Origin: Verrucomicrobiota bacterium
GTDB lineage: Bacteria; Verrucomicrobiota; Kiritimatiellia; UBA8416; SLMC01
Assembly: GCA_030018915.1 (NCBI GenBank)
Contig: JASEHE010000001.1
Span: 15,843 to 79,842, forward strand
Length of the DNA: 64,000 nt
Direction of reading: 5' to 3'
Every line of letters starts with the position of its first letter. Within the stretch, counting starts at the first letter, position 1. The notes under the pieces are model-generated. The model had not been told where the DNA came from and searched no databases. It saw only the letters and a list, made by a program, of their open reading frames with translations. The position numbers and the translations under genes were made by a program. Shown piece after piece: positions 9,036 to 19,500 of the stretch.

Positions 9036-10699
9036 CGGAGCCTGTCTCCGCTGGTTTCAATGGGTTTGTTCAGGCGCGCGCGAATGGTGAACTCCCAGGT
9101 GGAATCAATCAGCAGTTGGCGCTCCAGCTCCGTCTTGTCGGAAAAAAGGCCCGATTCGCGGAGCCGGTCCCGATAGACCACGATCGGCGTCTTGTCCACC
9201 GTGGCCGCCAGCTTGAGCTTATCGTCAAACCCACGCCCGACGATCTCTACCCCTTCCACACGGTCGCCGGCCGGGGCGAGCGGCCGGATCGAGTTGAGCC
9301 ACATTCCGTCCAGCAGGCACGCGTGAATCGCATCAATCATTTGCAGCCATTGCGTCCGCGTCCCGATGACCAGCGCGATCTCGTCCAGGTCCTTCTGGAC
9401 GGCCTGCTTTTCTTGCTGGACGCTCTTGAGGCGGCCTTCGATTTTCCGGAAATCCGCGATCCGTTTTCCCGCGGTTTCGAGCCGGGTTTCCAGCATGGCC
9501 CGCATCCGGTGGAAGTAGACCCACCAGCAGAGCATCGTCAGGATCAGGCCGACCCCGGCCAGGATGAAGAACGGTTGCCGGCGCCGGAGTACCCGCCGGG
9601 CCAGGAGGTCGGGCGGCATGAGGTTGATTTCAACCGGACAAGTCAAGGCCCGCCGCAGGGCCAGGCCGGCCACCTCCCCGAGGAGGTGGAGGTCCCCCTC
9701 AATGCGCTTGGGCTCAATGGACTCGTTGACGGCTATGTTGGCGAACGGGTTGAGGTATTCCACTTCGACCGTGAGCTTCTCCCGGAAGAACGTATCCATG
9801 TGCGGGATGATCGCCGAGCCGCCGGTCAGCAGCACGAGACTCGGCGGTTGACCGCCCTGCTGGCTCCGGTAGAAGTTGATCGAGCGGTTGATTTCGGCGT
9901 GGAGCCGGGTGATGACGTTGCGCGCGATCTTGGACACCCGGTTCGCCGTCTCGTTCTCCGGTCCGGCGTAGACGCCGCCGAAGGCGACGAACGCGTGAGC
10001 CAGCTTCAACTCCTCGGCCTCCTTGAAGGGAATCCCGAACTCCTTCATGAGTTCTGTCGTAATCGCGTTGCCGGCCACAGGAATGCTGCGGCTGAAAATC
10101 CGGCTCTCCTCGATGAAGATCAGGTTCGACGATCGAGCGCCGATGTCCAGAACCATGGCGCAGCCGGGAAGGCCCGGATAGTTGTAGCGGACCGTGTTGT
10201 ACAGGGCCATGGGCGCCGCGTCTATGATTTCCGGCTCGAGGCCGGCCGCCAGCACGCAGTCCGTCAGCCGCGTGATGTTCTCGATCTTGACGGCCACCAG
10301 CATGACGTTCAGGTCGTCCGGTCCTCCGCCGCTGATCAACTGGTAGTCCCAGACCACCTCGTCAATCGGGAACGGGACGTTCTGCTCGGCTTCGTAGCGG
10401 ATGATCTGCACGACCTTGTCTCGGGCCACGGGCGGCAGCTTGACGTACCGCGGGAACACCGCCTGGCCCGACAGGGTCATGAAGAGCGGCGCCGGCTTGA
10501 TGCCGCGCTCGGCCATCAACTGGCGAATGGTGGAGACAATATAGGCGGATGCGTCGGTCTCGCTCTCGGGGTCCACGTCGAGATGCCCGACGGCATAGTT
10601 CAGGAGCTCAGGCGCGCCCGATTTGGCGGCGGAGAACTCCGCCATCACAATCTTACTGGCGCCGACATCCAGGGCGATTATTCGGTCGGTTCGAAACAC
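9032..10699 (-). CDS. pilM: Type IV pilus assembly PilM (actin-like ATPase) fused to PilN-like TM/coiled-coil domain
   Basis: 555 aa. IIALDVGASKIVMAEF actin-like fold start and PilM/FtsA-like core. The C-terminal part carries a TM (FFILAGVGLILTMLCWWVYF) plus coiled-coil, as in PilN. Confidence 0.75.
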   Translation of the reverse strand: MFRTDRIIALDVGASKIVMAEFSAAKSGAPELLNYAVGHLDVDPESETDASAYIVSTIRQLMAERGIKPAPLFMTLSGQAVFPRYVKLPPVARDKVVQIIRYEAEQNVPFPIDEVVWDYQLISGGGPDDLNVMLVAVKIENITRLTDCVLAAGLEPEIIDAAPMALYNTVRYNYPGLPGCAMVLDIGARSSNLIFIEESRIFSRSIPVAGNAITTELMKEFGIPFKEAEELKLAHAFVAFGGVYAGPENETANRVSKIARNVITRLHAEINRSINFYRSQQGGQPPSLVLLTGGSAIIPHMDTFFREKLTVEVEYLNPFANIAVNESIEPKRIEGDLHLLGEVAGLALRRALTCPVEINLMPPDLLARRVLRRRQPFFILAGVGLILTMLCWWVYFHRMRAMLETRLETAGKRIADFRKIEGRLKSVQQEKQAVQKDLDEIALVIGTRTQWLQMIDAIHACLLDGMWLNSIRPLAPAGDRVEGVEIVGRGFDDKLKLAATVDKTPIVVYRDRLRESGLFSDKTELERQLLIDSTWEFTIRARLNKPIETSGDRLR

Positions 10700-10761
10700 C
10701 TTGTCCTCTTCCGCGGATTCCAGTTTCGCGGATTCCGGCGGCGCCGAGTCGAGCCGCCGAC

Positions 10762-11460
10762 CTACTGCCGGATAAACGGATAGTCATCAATGTTGATCAG
10801 GCGAAAAGGCGACTGATCCCGATTCAGGAGATACCCGTCGCGCGGCACAACAATCTTGCTGTCCACCACTTTTTCGTTCCGCCACCACTTTTCCCCGGCC
10901 GGCATTGGGACGTCGGTCTCGCTCATCTCGTCAATGATCTTCCCCCCGCGCAGAACTTCGACGCCGATGGCCACAACCTTGCCGTGCCGCTTGAGGGCGG
11001 TGGGAGTAAGATAGACCGAGCAGACGCGACCGCGGCCCCTCTCGATGTCCCTGTAGGTCACCGTGGTCTTGTAGAGACTGTACATTTTCCCCTTTTCGCC
11101 CTCTTTCGACGTCATGACGTAGAACCGCATCATGAGTTCGTTAATCCAGTCGGGGAACACATCGAAGGTGAGCGTGATCTCCGCCCAGTCTTGCGGCGCC
11201 GTCGTGGGGCTGACGCCGGCGCGGAAGTTCGGCGTCTTGATGTAGCCGCGTTCGGCGAGTCCCGTGAACTTGCGGAGGCGAACGACGTTGCTCGGCCTCT
11301 CGCCCGGCGTCGGTTCCGCCGCGGCTTCGGCGCCGGCGGCCGGGCCTTCCTCTTTTTTTGCGCCAGCCTTCGCCCGTTCAACGGAAACGGCGGTGAGACT
11401 CAACACCAATGCCAGCAGCCCGCCGGCCAGACACAAACGCCGAACGAGGTTCGTCATCAT
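10762..11460 (-). CDS. Secreted pilus-cluster protein (Amuc_1102-like position)
   Basis: Start chosen at MMTNLVRRLCLAGGLLALVLSLTAVSV signal peptide (the longer upstream ORF is R/P-rich and implausible). ~233 aa. First gene of the pilMN–secretin operon, 62 nt upstream of pilM. Confidence 0.5.
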   Translation of the reverse strand: MMTNLVRRLCLAGGLLALVLSLTAVSVERAKAGAKKEEGPAAGAEAAAEPTPGERPSNVVRLRKFTGLAERGYIKTPNFRAGVSPTTAPQDWAEITLTFDVFPDWINELMMRFYVMTSKEGEKGKMYSLYKTTVTYRDIERGRGRVCSVYLTPTALKRHGKVVAIGVEVLRGGKIIDEMSETDVPMPAGEKWWRNEKVVDSKIVVPRDGYLLNRDQSPFRLINIDDYPFIRQ

Positions 11461-11576
11461 AAACCTCCCGTGGGTCAAAAAAACGCGCGGCAATCCCGCA
11501 AACAACGAACGGGGGGACATATAGAAGATATGCCACGACAAAGCAAAGCAAAAATGCCGGAAACTTTTTCGCGGCA

Positions 11577-11586
11577 GGGGGGGGGG
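11577..11586. repeat. Homopolymeric G10 (C10) tract in the divergent promoter region between the pilus operon and the secreted-protein genes
   Basis: Ten consecutive G read directly at 11577-11586. It lies 117 nt upstream of the pilus-operon first gene (minus strand) and 271 nt upstream of the 490-aa secreted-protein gene (plus strand). Confidence 0.6.
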
Positions 11587-11705
11587 CAGTCGCGGGGTGG
11601 CGCCCCGGCGGCTTGCGCGGCCGGAGTTCGATATTTCCGCGTCCCCGCGGCGCAAGGCCGCAGGGACGCCACCCCGGACCACCCCGTTATTTCGCGTTTT
11701 TGCGG

Positions 11706-11747
11706 TTGACTTTGTTCGCGGGGTTGGGTTATTCTGTTCTATATTCT
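11706..11747 (+). promoter_or_regulatory. Possible sigma70-like promoter (TTGACT -35, TATTCT -10-like, 18-nt spacer) for the secreted-protein gene
   Basis: TTGACT at 11706-11711. TATTCT at 11730-11735 is 4/6 to TATAAT. Weak, consensus match only. Confidence 0.2.
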
Positions 11748-11856
11748 ATTAACTCGGTGATGACACATGTGGGTGTCTGCGATTGGCCCGAAGCTGCCGC
11801 AGGGACTGGATAGCAGACGGGCCGCCCGACGAACCGTCAGACCCGGAGGTTGCTCC

Positions 11857-13329
11857 ATGAAAGGCGATTCGAGAAATTCCCGCCGCCCGATCCTGGGACT
11901 TCTTTCCGCGGCCGCGCTCGCCGCCTTGGCAGGACAAGCGACGGCTCAGACCCTCATGCCATACTACGACACCTTCGAAGACCACACGAACAACCAGACG
12001 ATCATCGGCGCCAACGGGTGGCTGGCGTTGACCAACATCTATGCCGTGGGAACCAACACGGGGCCCTACACCTACACCAACGCATGCGGATTGCCCTTCC
12101 CCACCTCGAACCACAACGTCGTGGTCAAGCTGGACACAGAGAACTCCTCCGTCTCTAACTGCTTCAGCTACGGCGCGACGACCCCCACCAACGTGTGGGT
12201 GGACAATATGATCCAGTTCGTGATGTCTCCGGATGAAGACGCCCGGGGCGTGATCACCAACGACAACAAGATCCAGTTGGCGTACTACGTCAACACGAAT
12301 GGAAATCCTGTTTTCCTCCACAGCGCGCGATGGTTTGACACGGAGGAGTGGGAATACAGGGCCACCAACGTTTTCTCCACTGTCTCGGACGTCACGATAC
12401 CGACTGGGGCTTGGGCACGGGTAACCGTGACAATGGACTACAAATCAGACAACGTAAGGAACCACAAGTATTTCCGGATCGCTTTCAACGGTCATACGGT
12501 CACAAGCGACTTGGCGTATGCCCTGCCCCTAAATGCCGACCCCCCTAGCGCGACGGGCACGTATTTTGTCTGCGCGAATTTCCAGACCGCCACCGGTCTC
12601 AAGTTGAATTCGGTGAACTTCTCGGGCACCGGACACCTCGACGACTACAAGGTGGAGGGCGACGCGGCGCCTCAGATCGCCATCATCGCCGCGATATGGT
12701 CCGACGGCGCTTCGGGCGATACGCGGGGCGGGTGGATCACGCCGGGGCTGCTCGTCTACGTGAACTCCGGGGGCGGCACGAACTTCTCGATCGGCGCCAA
12801 TACCTATTGGAGCTACACCAATCTAGTTGTTAACGGCGCGCCGCAAACTCCTACGAACCTCCTCGCCTTCAACAACGTCACGTCCAACCAGTTCTTCGCC
12901 GCCTACTTCGCCGCCGACCGGACCACCAACCGAATCCCGCACTGGTGGCTCGCCGAGCAGAACTCGGGCTGGACCAACGACTTCAACGCGGCTGCATCGG
13001 GTGATCCTGACGGCGACGGCCTGCTGACCTGGGAGGAATACCTCGCGAGCACGGATCCCAACGACAGCAACTCGGTGTTCCGGATTATTGAGTTCACGAC
13101 CCAGGACAACGGCACCAACTACACCATCCGCTGGCCTACGGCGTCCATTGACCCCGTGTTCGGCGGCATTCCGTTCCTCGTACTGCGGACCGACAACCTC
13201 ACCAACGAGTCCTGGCCCGTGGCTGGGACCGTTCCGCGGGCCGTCGGGATTTCCCAGTTCAGCGATGCCCCCCCGCCCGCGAGCAACCCGGTCTTCTACC
13301 GCGTTGCCGTGACCAATACGACGCAATAG
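11857..13329 (+). CDS. Secreted modular protein (~490 aa): N-terminal beta-sandwich/lectin-like module, DPDGDG Ca-binding-like motif, C-terminal FYRV domain shared with the giant neighbour
   Basis: GGAGG RBS 9 nt upstream of ATG. Signal peptide MKGDSRNSRRPILGLLSAAALAALAGQATAQ. PYYDTFEDHTNNQTIIGANGW resembles the repeated module of the downstream giant protein. GDPDGDGLLTWEEY motif. C-terminal ...NPVFYRVAVTNTTQ. Confidence 0.6.
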   Translation: MKGDSRNSRRPILGLLSAAALAALAGQATAQTLMPYYDTFEDHTNNQTIIGANGWLALTNIYAVGTNTGPYTYTNACGLPFPTSNHNVVVKLDTENSSVSNCFSYGATTPTNVWVDNMIQFVMSPDEDARGVITNDNKIQLAYYVNTNGNPVFLHSARWFDTEEWEYRATNVFSTVSDVTIPTGAWARVTVTMDYKSDNVRNHKYFRIAFNGHTVTSDLAYALPLNADPPSATGTYFVCANFQTATGLKLNSVNFSGTGHLDDYKVEGDAAPQIAIIAAIWSDGASGDTRGGWITPGLLVYVNSGGGTNFSIGANTYWSYTNLVVNGAPQTPTNLLAFNNVTSNQFFAAYFAADRTTNRIPHWWLAEQNSGWTNDFNAAASGDPDGDGLLTWEEYLASTDPNDSNSVFRIIEFTTQDNGTNYTIRWPTASIDPVFGGIPFLVLRTDNLTNESWPVAGTVPRAVGISQFSDAPPPASNPVFYRVAVTNTTQ

Positions 13330-13349
13330 ACGCCGGCCACCAATTGTCA

Positions 13350-13375
13350 GGGGCCGGCCGAGAGCGGCCGGCCCC
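13350..13375 (+). terminator. GC-rich perfect hairpin (11-bp stem, AGAG loop) downstream of the 490-aa gene; no U-tract
   Basis: GGGGCCGGCCG-AGAG-CGGCCGGCCCC read directly, 21 nt after the stop codon. Confidence 0.4.
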
Positions 13376-13592
13376 CATCGCGCGCCGGCTCTCCACAGCC
13401 ATCGCTCCGGCAGTGGGAATTCTTCACATTTCCTTGACGCTGTTGTCCTTGCCGTTCCTTTTCCCCCTGTGCTATAATTGCCGAAAACAGGGTGGATTGT
13501 GCCGCTGTCCCACGGGCTGGAACCCGTGCGCCGCAGCCGGGCGATGGCACGGCGGATGCTCCGTGGAATCTGAACGTCAGAGGCGAGGTGTC

Positions 13593-16500
13593 ATGAGGCG
13601 GTCAATTGGAATCTCTTTTCTGCTGCTCGGGGCAATGCTGGCAATGGCCCCTCGATCTCGCGCGGCCTATTACGACCAAGACTTCAACGACTTCGCCTAC
13701 GCCTACTACGGAACCACGGTGACGAATGGCGACGGATGGGCGGTGTCGCATTGTTACGTCAGCAACGCATTCCGGTACTGCCGAATGGGCGCGACCAACT
13801 ATCAGGACGCGACCCGTCTCGCGTATGTGATCTCGCCTCTGTTGACGAATGGGATCGGGAGGATCTCCTGGGAAACCAAGAACCAGCAAGCGGGGAACAA
13901 CGTCTACGACCTCCAGTACTCCACCAACGGAACGGCATGGACATGGGGCGGCGCCTACACGAACAGTGACGTCAATTGGATATCAAACTCCCTCGCCCTG
14001 ATCAGCTATGCGAGCGTCTACGTCCGATTCATCAAGACGGCCGATCCCGGCGGCCCCAACGATCGATTGTACTTCGACAACATCCGGATTATTCCCGCGG
14101 CGTCGTACGTTGTGATCACGAATATCGCGCTCAGCCCGGACCCTCCGCTGACCGACGGCTCCGTTCAGGTTTCCGCGACGATCCTGCCCTGCGCACAAGC
14201 CGGCAACGTCTCGGCGTGGGTGTACTATGCGACGTCCGGCGCCCGGCCGTTCGCGAACTACGCGTCTATGTCCACCACCGGCAACAACTACTACGTCACA
14301 TCCAGCGGGATTCCGGCCCACTCCCAGCCGGGCCTCACGGTAAAATACTACCTCTATGCGACCTTCAGCGGAGTCACCCCGTTGACCCCAACAAGTTCCC
14401 CGCCCGGCTCGGTTGGCTACTATTGGTATTTCTTGCGGGCGGCTTCCAACGAATCCGCCTACCCGAACATGCAAATCACGGGCGCGGCCACCACCAACAT
14501 GCTCCTGGCCGCCGACTACCTGTGGCAGGGCGTCATCACACCGCCCGGGCCTCTGACCAACCCCACGTTCTCGTTCGCCTCCGGAACCAACTCCTGGGGC
14601 GACACCAATCAGCCGGTCACGGCTCTGCCCGTGTATGGCGCCGCCGACCCGGGCGCGAACATCAACGTGAATGAGACCGTCACCAACTACCTGTCGTTCC
14701 TGTTCAACGAGACCAACCTGAGCTACAGCATTCAGAACTCCTCCTGCCTCAACTTCGACGCCTGGACCAACGGCACGACCGCCAGCTACGGCGCCTATAC
14801 CAACGGCGAGGGCTGGGTCATCGCGGGCCGAATCAACACCCTCGGCGCCGGCGAAACCGCCCGCGCTTTCATCAACCGGTACGGAATCCTCCATCCGACT
14901 CTCCCTATCAACGAACCGATCCACTACCTGCAATCCCCCCAGCGCGAGGGCGGAATCGGCTCCGTCTCCTTCTGGTATCGGAACTGGGATGCGGCGCCGA
15001 CCAATCCGGCCACCGATGCCGCCGGCTTCACGGTCCAGAAGTCCACGAACGGCGCGGCCGGGACATGGATGGATATCAGTCCCACCATCTGGCAGACCAA
15101 CATCCTGTCCACGAATTGGCTCTACTTCGCCGCCTCGGTGGCCGACCGCAAGAGCGCCTACGTCCGGATCGTCAACACCAACAACACCTCCTCGCGGTCC
15201 TGGCTGTGTCTGGACGAAGTGGTCGTCACCGACCCTGGCGCCACCGTGGACATCACGGAGAACCCGCGCAACCCAACGACCCCGCTGGCCGGGCAATGGG
15301 TGGACGTCTCGATTAATGTGACGCCATGGGGTGGCGCGACCAATCTCGCCTGCGCCGTCTACCAGCAACCGGAGGGGATGGCCACGGTTCCGTACGCCAT
15401 GACCCGGGTGGCAGGCAACACATTCTCCGTGTCTCTCCCGCCCTCCCCGCCGGGCCGAGTCTACTACTACTACGCATGCAACTACGGGGGATTCAATGCG
15501 ACCCCGATTTATTACCCGGATGGCGCCCCGGGACAAACGCTGGTCTATACCAATCTGACGGACCCCGGGTCAGCCCGGCAGCAGGATTTCCTGCCGTTCA
15601 ATATCGCCAACTACGGCACAACCGTGACAAACAGCGACGGATGGTCGGTGTCGCACTGCTACGTCAGCAACGCTTTTGCCCACTGCCGCATGGGCCCCAC
15701 CAACTATGGCGGAGGCACTCGCTTCGCCTACCTGGCCTCGCCTTTGCTGACGAACGGTTTTGGCAACGTCTCCTGGTCGGTCCGAAACTACCAAGCCGGT
15801 CAAAACACGTACGAGGCGCAGTATTCCACCGACCAGACAAACTGGGTCTCGCTCGGCGCGTATGCCAACGACAGTACCGCATGGGTCACCAACCGTGTGT
15901 GGGGAGGAATTTATGAAGATTCCTGCGTGCGGATTATCAAGACCGGCGACCCTGGCGAGGCCAATGATCGGCTCTACTTCGACGACATTCTCATCAGCCC
16001 GCCGCCGTGCGATGTGGTGATTTCAGAGCCGCCCTTCTTCACGCCGGGCTATCCGGCCAGGAATCAGCCCGTGACCGTCTCGGTGTTCATCACGGACCGG
16101 AGCGCCAACTATCCGGCCTGCAATCGCATCACGACGCTCCACTACACGCATTCCGGCGGAGCCGGCGGCGTGGTGGCCATGACGCAAGGCGGCGGAAACG
16201 CATGGTCCGCGGTGGTCCCGGGATTCCCGGCCGGAGTCGTTTCTTACTACATCCGATGCTGCTTCGACGGCTACTACTACACGAACGGAGCCTTCTCCGA
16301 GAACCAGAGCCCTGCTTTCTCGCCCGACGCGCCGCCGACGGCGCCGGAGCCGAGCGCCCGTCACACCCACACGATCCGCGAGTTCGAGTCCGACTACGAC
16401 TCCATCAAGGTGAACCTGTCCTACACCAACACACCGATCGCAATGCGCCAGTTGAACGACTATGAGTGGCAGGGCATCCTGGACTTCGGCTACGGCACGA

Positions 16501-19500
16501 TGGACCCGGCCCTGAACCTGGCCGGCTTCAGTTGGTTCACCCAGACCAACTACTGGGGCGGCACCAACGAGTGGGGCGATCCGGGCCAGACCCGTTCGAG
16601 CCTCCCATTGACCGGCGTCATGAGCGCTGGCCCCTCGAATATCACGCTGTGCGGCCCGCAGTACGGCCAGGTAGTGATCCGGTTCAACGAGTCCAGCTCG
16701 AACTACACAGTGCAGCGCTGCGCGTACCAGGACTTCAACCGCTGGTCGGCCTCCTCCGACTTCTTCGAGGAAACCTGCAGCAGCGTCGGCGTCACATCGC
16801 GCGTCCAGAACTTCGACACGTGGGCAACCAACCCGCCATACATTCAAAAGGACGACTTCGAAAGCGCATACTGGTGGAATAATATCTACGGCTCCCACTA
16901 CCCGTCGTGGGACACCCGCCTGGTTCAGGGTCCCTCGTTCTGGACGTTCGCGCACTACAAGCTCACCAACAACTTCGAATTGGCGGGCGTCGGCAAGTGC
17001 GCTGTTCTCAAGGATGAGGCCAACTCCGGCCTGTTCTATTCGTCTTACCGCAATCCCATTGCTGACAATGGCCATGGACTCGGCTTCCTGGAGATGGACT
17101 TCCGGTGCCAGGACAACAATTGGAAGCCCACTTTGTACGAGCACAACGTCTGGTCAAATTCAGCCATTGAAGCCGCCGTCACCGCCACCGAACTGCCCAT
17201 CAGCGCGAATGGACTCATGCTGGGTCCCTCCTGGCTCTCTCTGCTTTCCCGCTATACGGCCGAAAACAACTACTATGAGCTCCGGTGGGAACACACCGGC
17301 TTGGGCCCTAGCGGGTTGGGCAAGCGTCGCCTCGGAATCTATCGCCGTTCTCCAGATCCGGTCGGCTTCACGCTTCTGGAATCTTCCGCCGAGTATAACG
17401 GCTTTCTCTCCACTACGAACACGCTGCGCTTTGTCGTGAGCGCGGCGGCCGGCGGAAAGGTCTATCTGCAGGGTCTTCTGGATGGCGCCCGTGTCGTGCA
17501 TGCAATAGACAACACCGGCTATGTCATCACCGATCCCGGCTCCATCGGCATCAACACCAGGGACGCCTCCATCATGGTCACGAACATCACCGCCGGCTGG
17601 GCGCAGGCGGAATCCTTCCGGGGCTGGCCCGACTTCACGGAGGGGTCCGACACCAACTTCGTCACCAACGGTTGGGCGGCAACGCGAATCTGCGACAGCA
17701 ACGGCAGCGGTGACAGCTGGATCCAACTGCGAGCCTGGAGCGCGGCGGGACAGCCCCCTGCGGTGGTCTCTCCCAAACTGCCGCACGGACTCGGCTTTGT
17801 GAACTATCGCTACAAGAAGTTCGAAGGCAACCCGACCTTGTGCAAGACGCAATGGTCCACCAACCTCGCCGACTGGGTAACCGTTGACGCCTGCGAGATT
17901 GGCGGCAGCGACTGGCAGGACCGGTCTTTCACGGTAACCAACGCGCTCCCCGCCAATATCTACGTCCGATTCCTCAACAGCACAAACGCGTCGGGTGTGT
18001 CAACGAACCTGTATCTCGCCCGCATCGCGCTGCACCCTTCGCCGACGCGCGGCTACGCCGAGAACTTTTCGGACAACCAGGCTCAGGGCTGGACCGGCGA
18101 TCCGAACTGGTGGAAGGTCAACACCAACGGGGTGCCACGCTACACCCGAACCGGCTATGCGGCCGCGCCGCTCAAGTTCGTGGTCAGCACGGCCAAGGAG
18201 AGCGACGAGAGCCAGCTGGCCCTGGACTCTCCCTGGGTCTTCAACGCCGCGTACACGGTCAGCAACGTCTCGTTTGTTCACTTGTCCCATCCCATCCGGT
18301 GGGCCGAACATCCCGGCACGCTCGGAGAAGGCGTCTACGTGCGGGTCAAGCACACCGACACGGACGCCAGCCTCGTGGTGGACAACGTCCAGATTGACCG
18401 CTGGCACGGCTACACGGCGAACGTCAACGGCTGGTCCGCCACCGAGTGCTGGACCTCGATGCGCGCCGCGAACGACGACTACACGGCCCACACCAACTGC
18501 CTCGAACTTCGCCATTCCCGGGCCTATACCAACATCTACGAGCGCCCATACTCCATCGGTGGCCAGTATGCGCGCAGCCCCTACCTCACTAACGGGATCG
18601 GCGTTCTCTCCTTCTCTTTCAAGAACGTCGCGCCCGAACCCAACCCGCTCGACACTGGGCAACCGGTATCTTTCGACTACTACCAGGGTGAGTGGACCAA
18701 TCTGCCGGATTTCGCCGGCCTCACCCCCTACATCTCAGGCACAACCAATAATTTCGACACGGCAGTCGCGCTCCGGCCAACCAACTTTGCCATCCGCTTC
18801 ACCGGCTATATCTACATTCCTACCAACGGCGCCTGGCTCTTTTCGACGGAATCCTCGGAGGGCAGCAAACTGTACATTGATGGAACCGAATTGGTGAACA
18901 ACGACGGGATTCACGCCAAGCAGAAGATCTCGGGATCGAACACCTTGAATCTGGGCTGGCACGACATCAAGGTCACGTATTTCAACGGCGCCGGCACTAA
19001 TGCCGCCTCTTTGGAGGTCCGATACGCAGGGCCAGGGGTCTCGGATCAGCCGATCCCCTCTTACGCCATGATTGTCGAGCCGGCCGTAGTCAAGGTGGAA
19101 ACGGCTGCCACCCCATTCCCGAGCACATGGAACACTCGCGCCACATACACAAACAACTGCCCTACCAAATGGACGTCCAAATCTATTTCCATCAACATCC
19201 CCAGTCCCTATATCGCCGCCAGAATCCTCCACGTGTCCACGAACTATCAAACCGGAATCCTCCTGGACAACTTCGAGGTGAATGACTTCGTGGAGCGCGA
19301 TCAGTTCACCTGGGTCGCCTACAACGCCCTGATCACGTCCAACCAGGCCAGCCGGCTCATGGACATCAAGGGCGGGTACCTCAACTACGACACCGTGAAC
19401 CAGACGGCCAAGCCGCCCATGACCAACGATCGGCCATATATTCAGTCCGCCAACCTGACGAACGGCATCGGCGAGATCAGTTTCTGGTATCGCGCCTGGG

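Noticed and set aside
13983-15536. 517-aa ORF on the minus strand (and others at 16023-17144, 17160-17852, 18735-19886, 20016-20492, 20565-21233) opposite the giant gene
   Set aside because: R/G/V/D-rich low-complexity translations typical of antisense frames in high-GC coding DNA. Fully contained within the strongly supported + strand gene.
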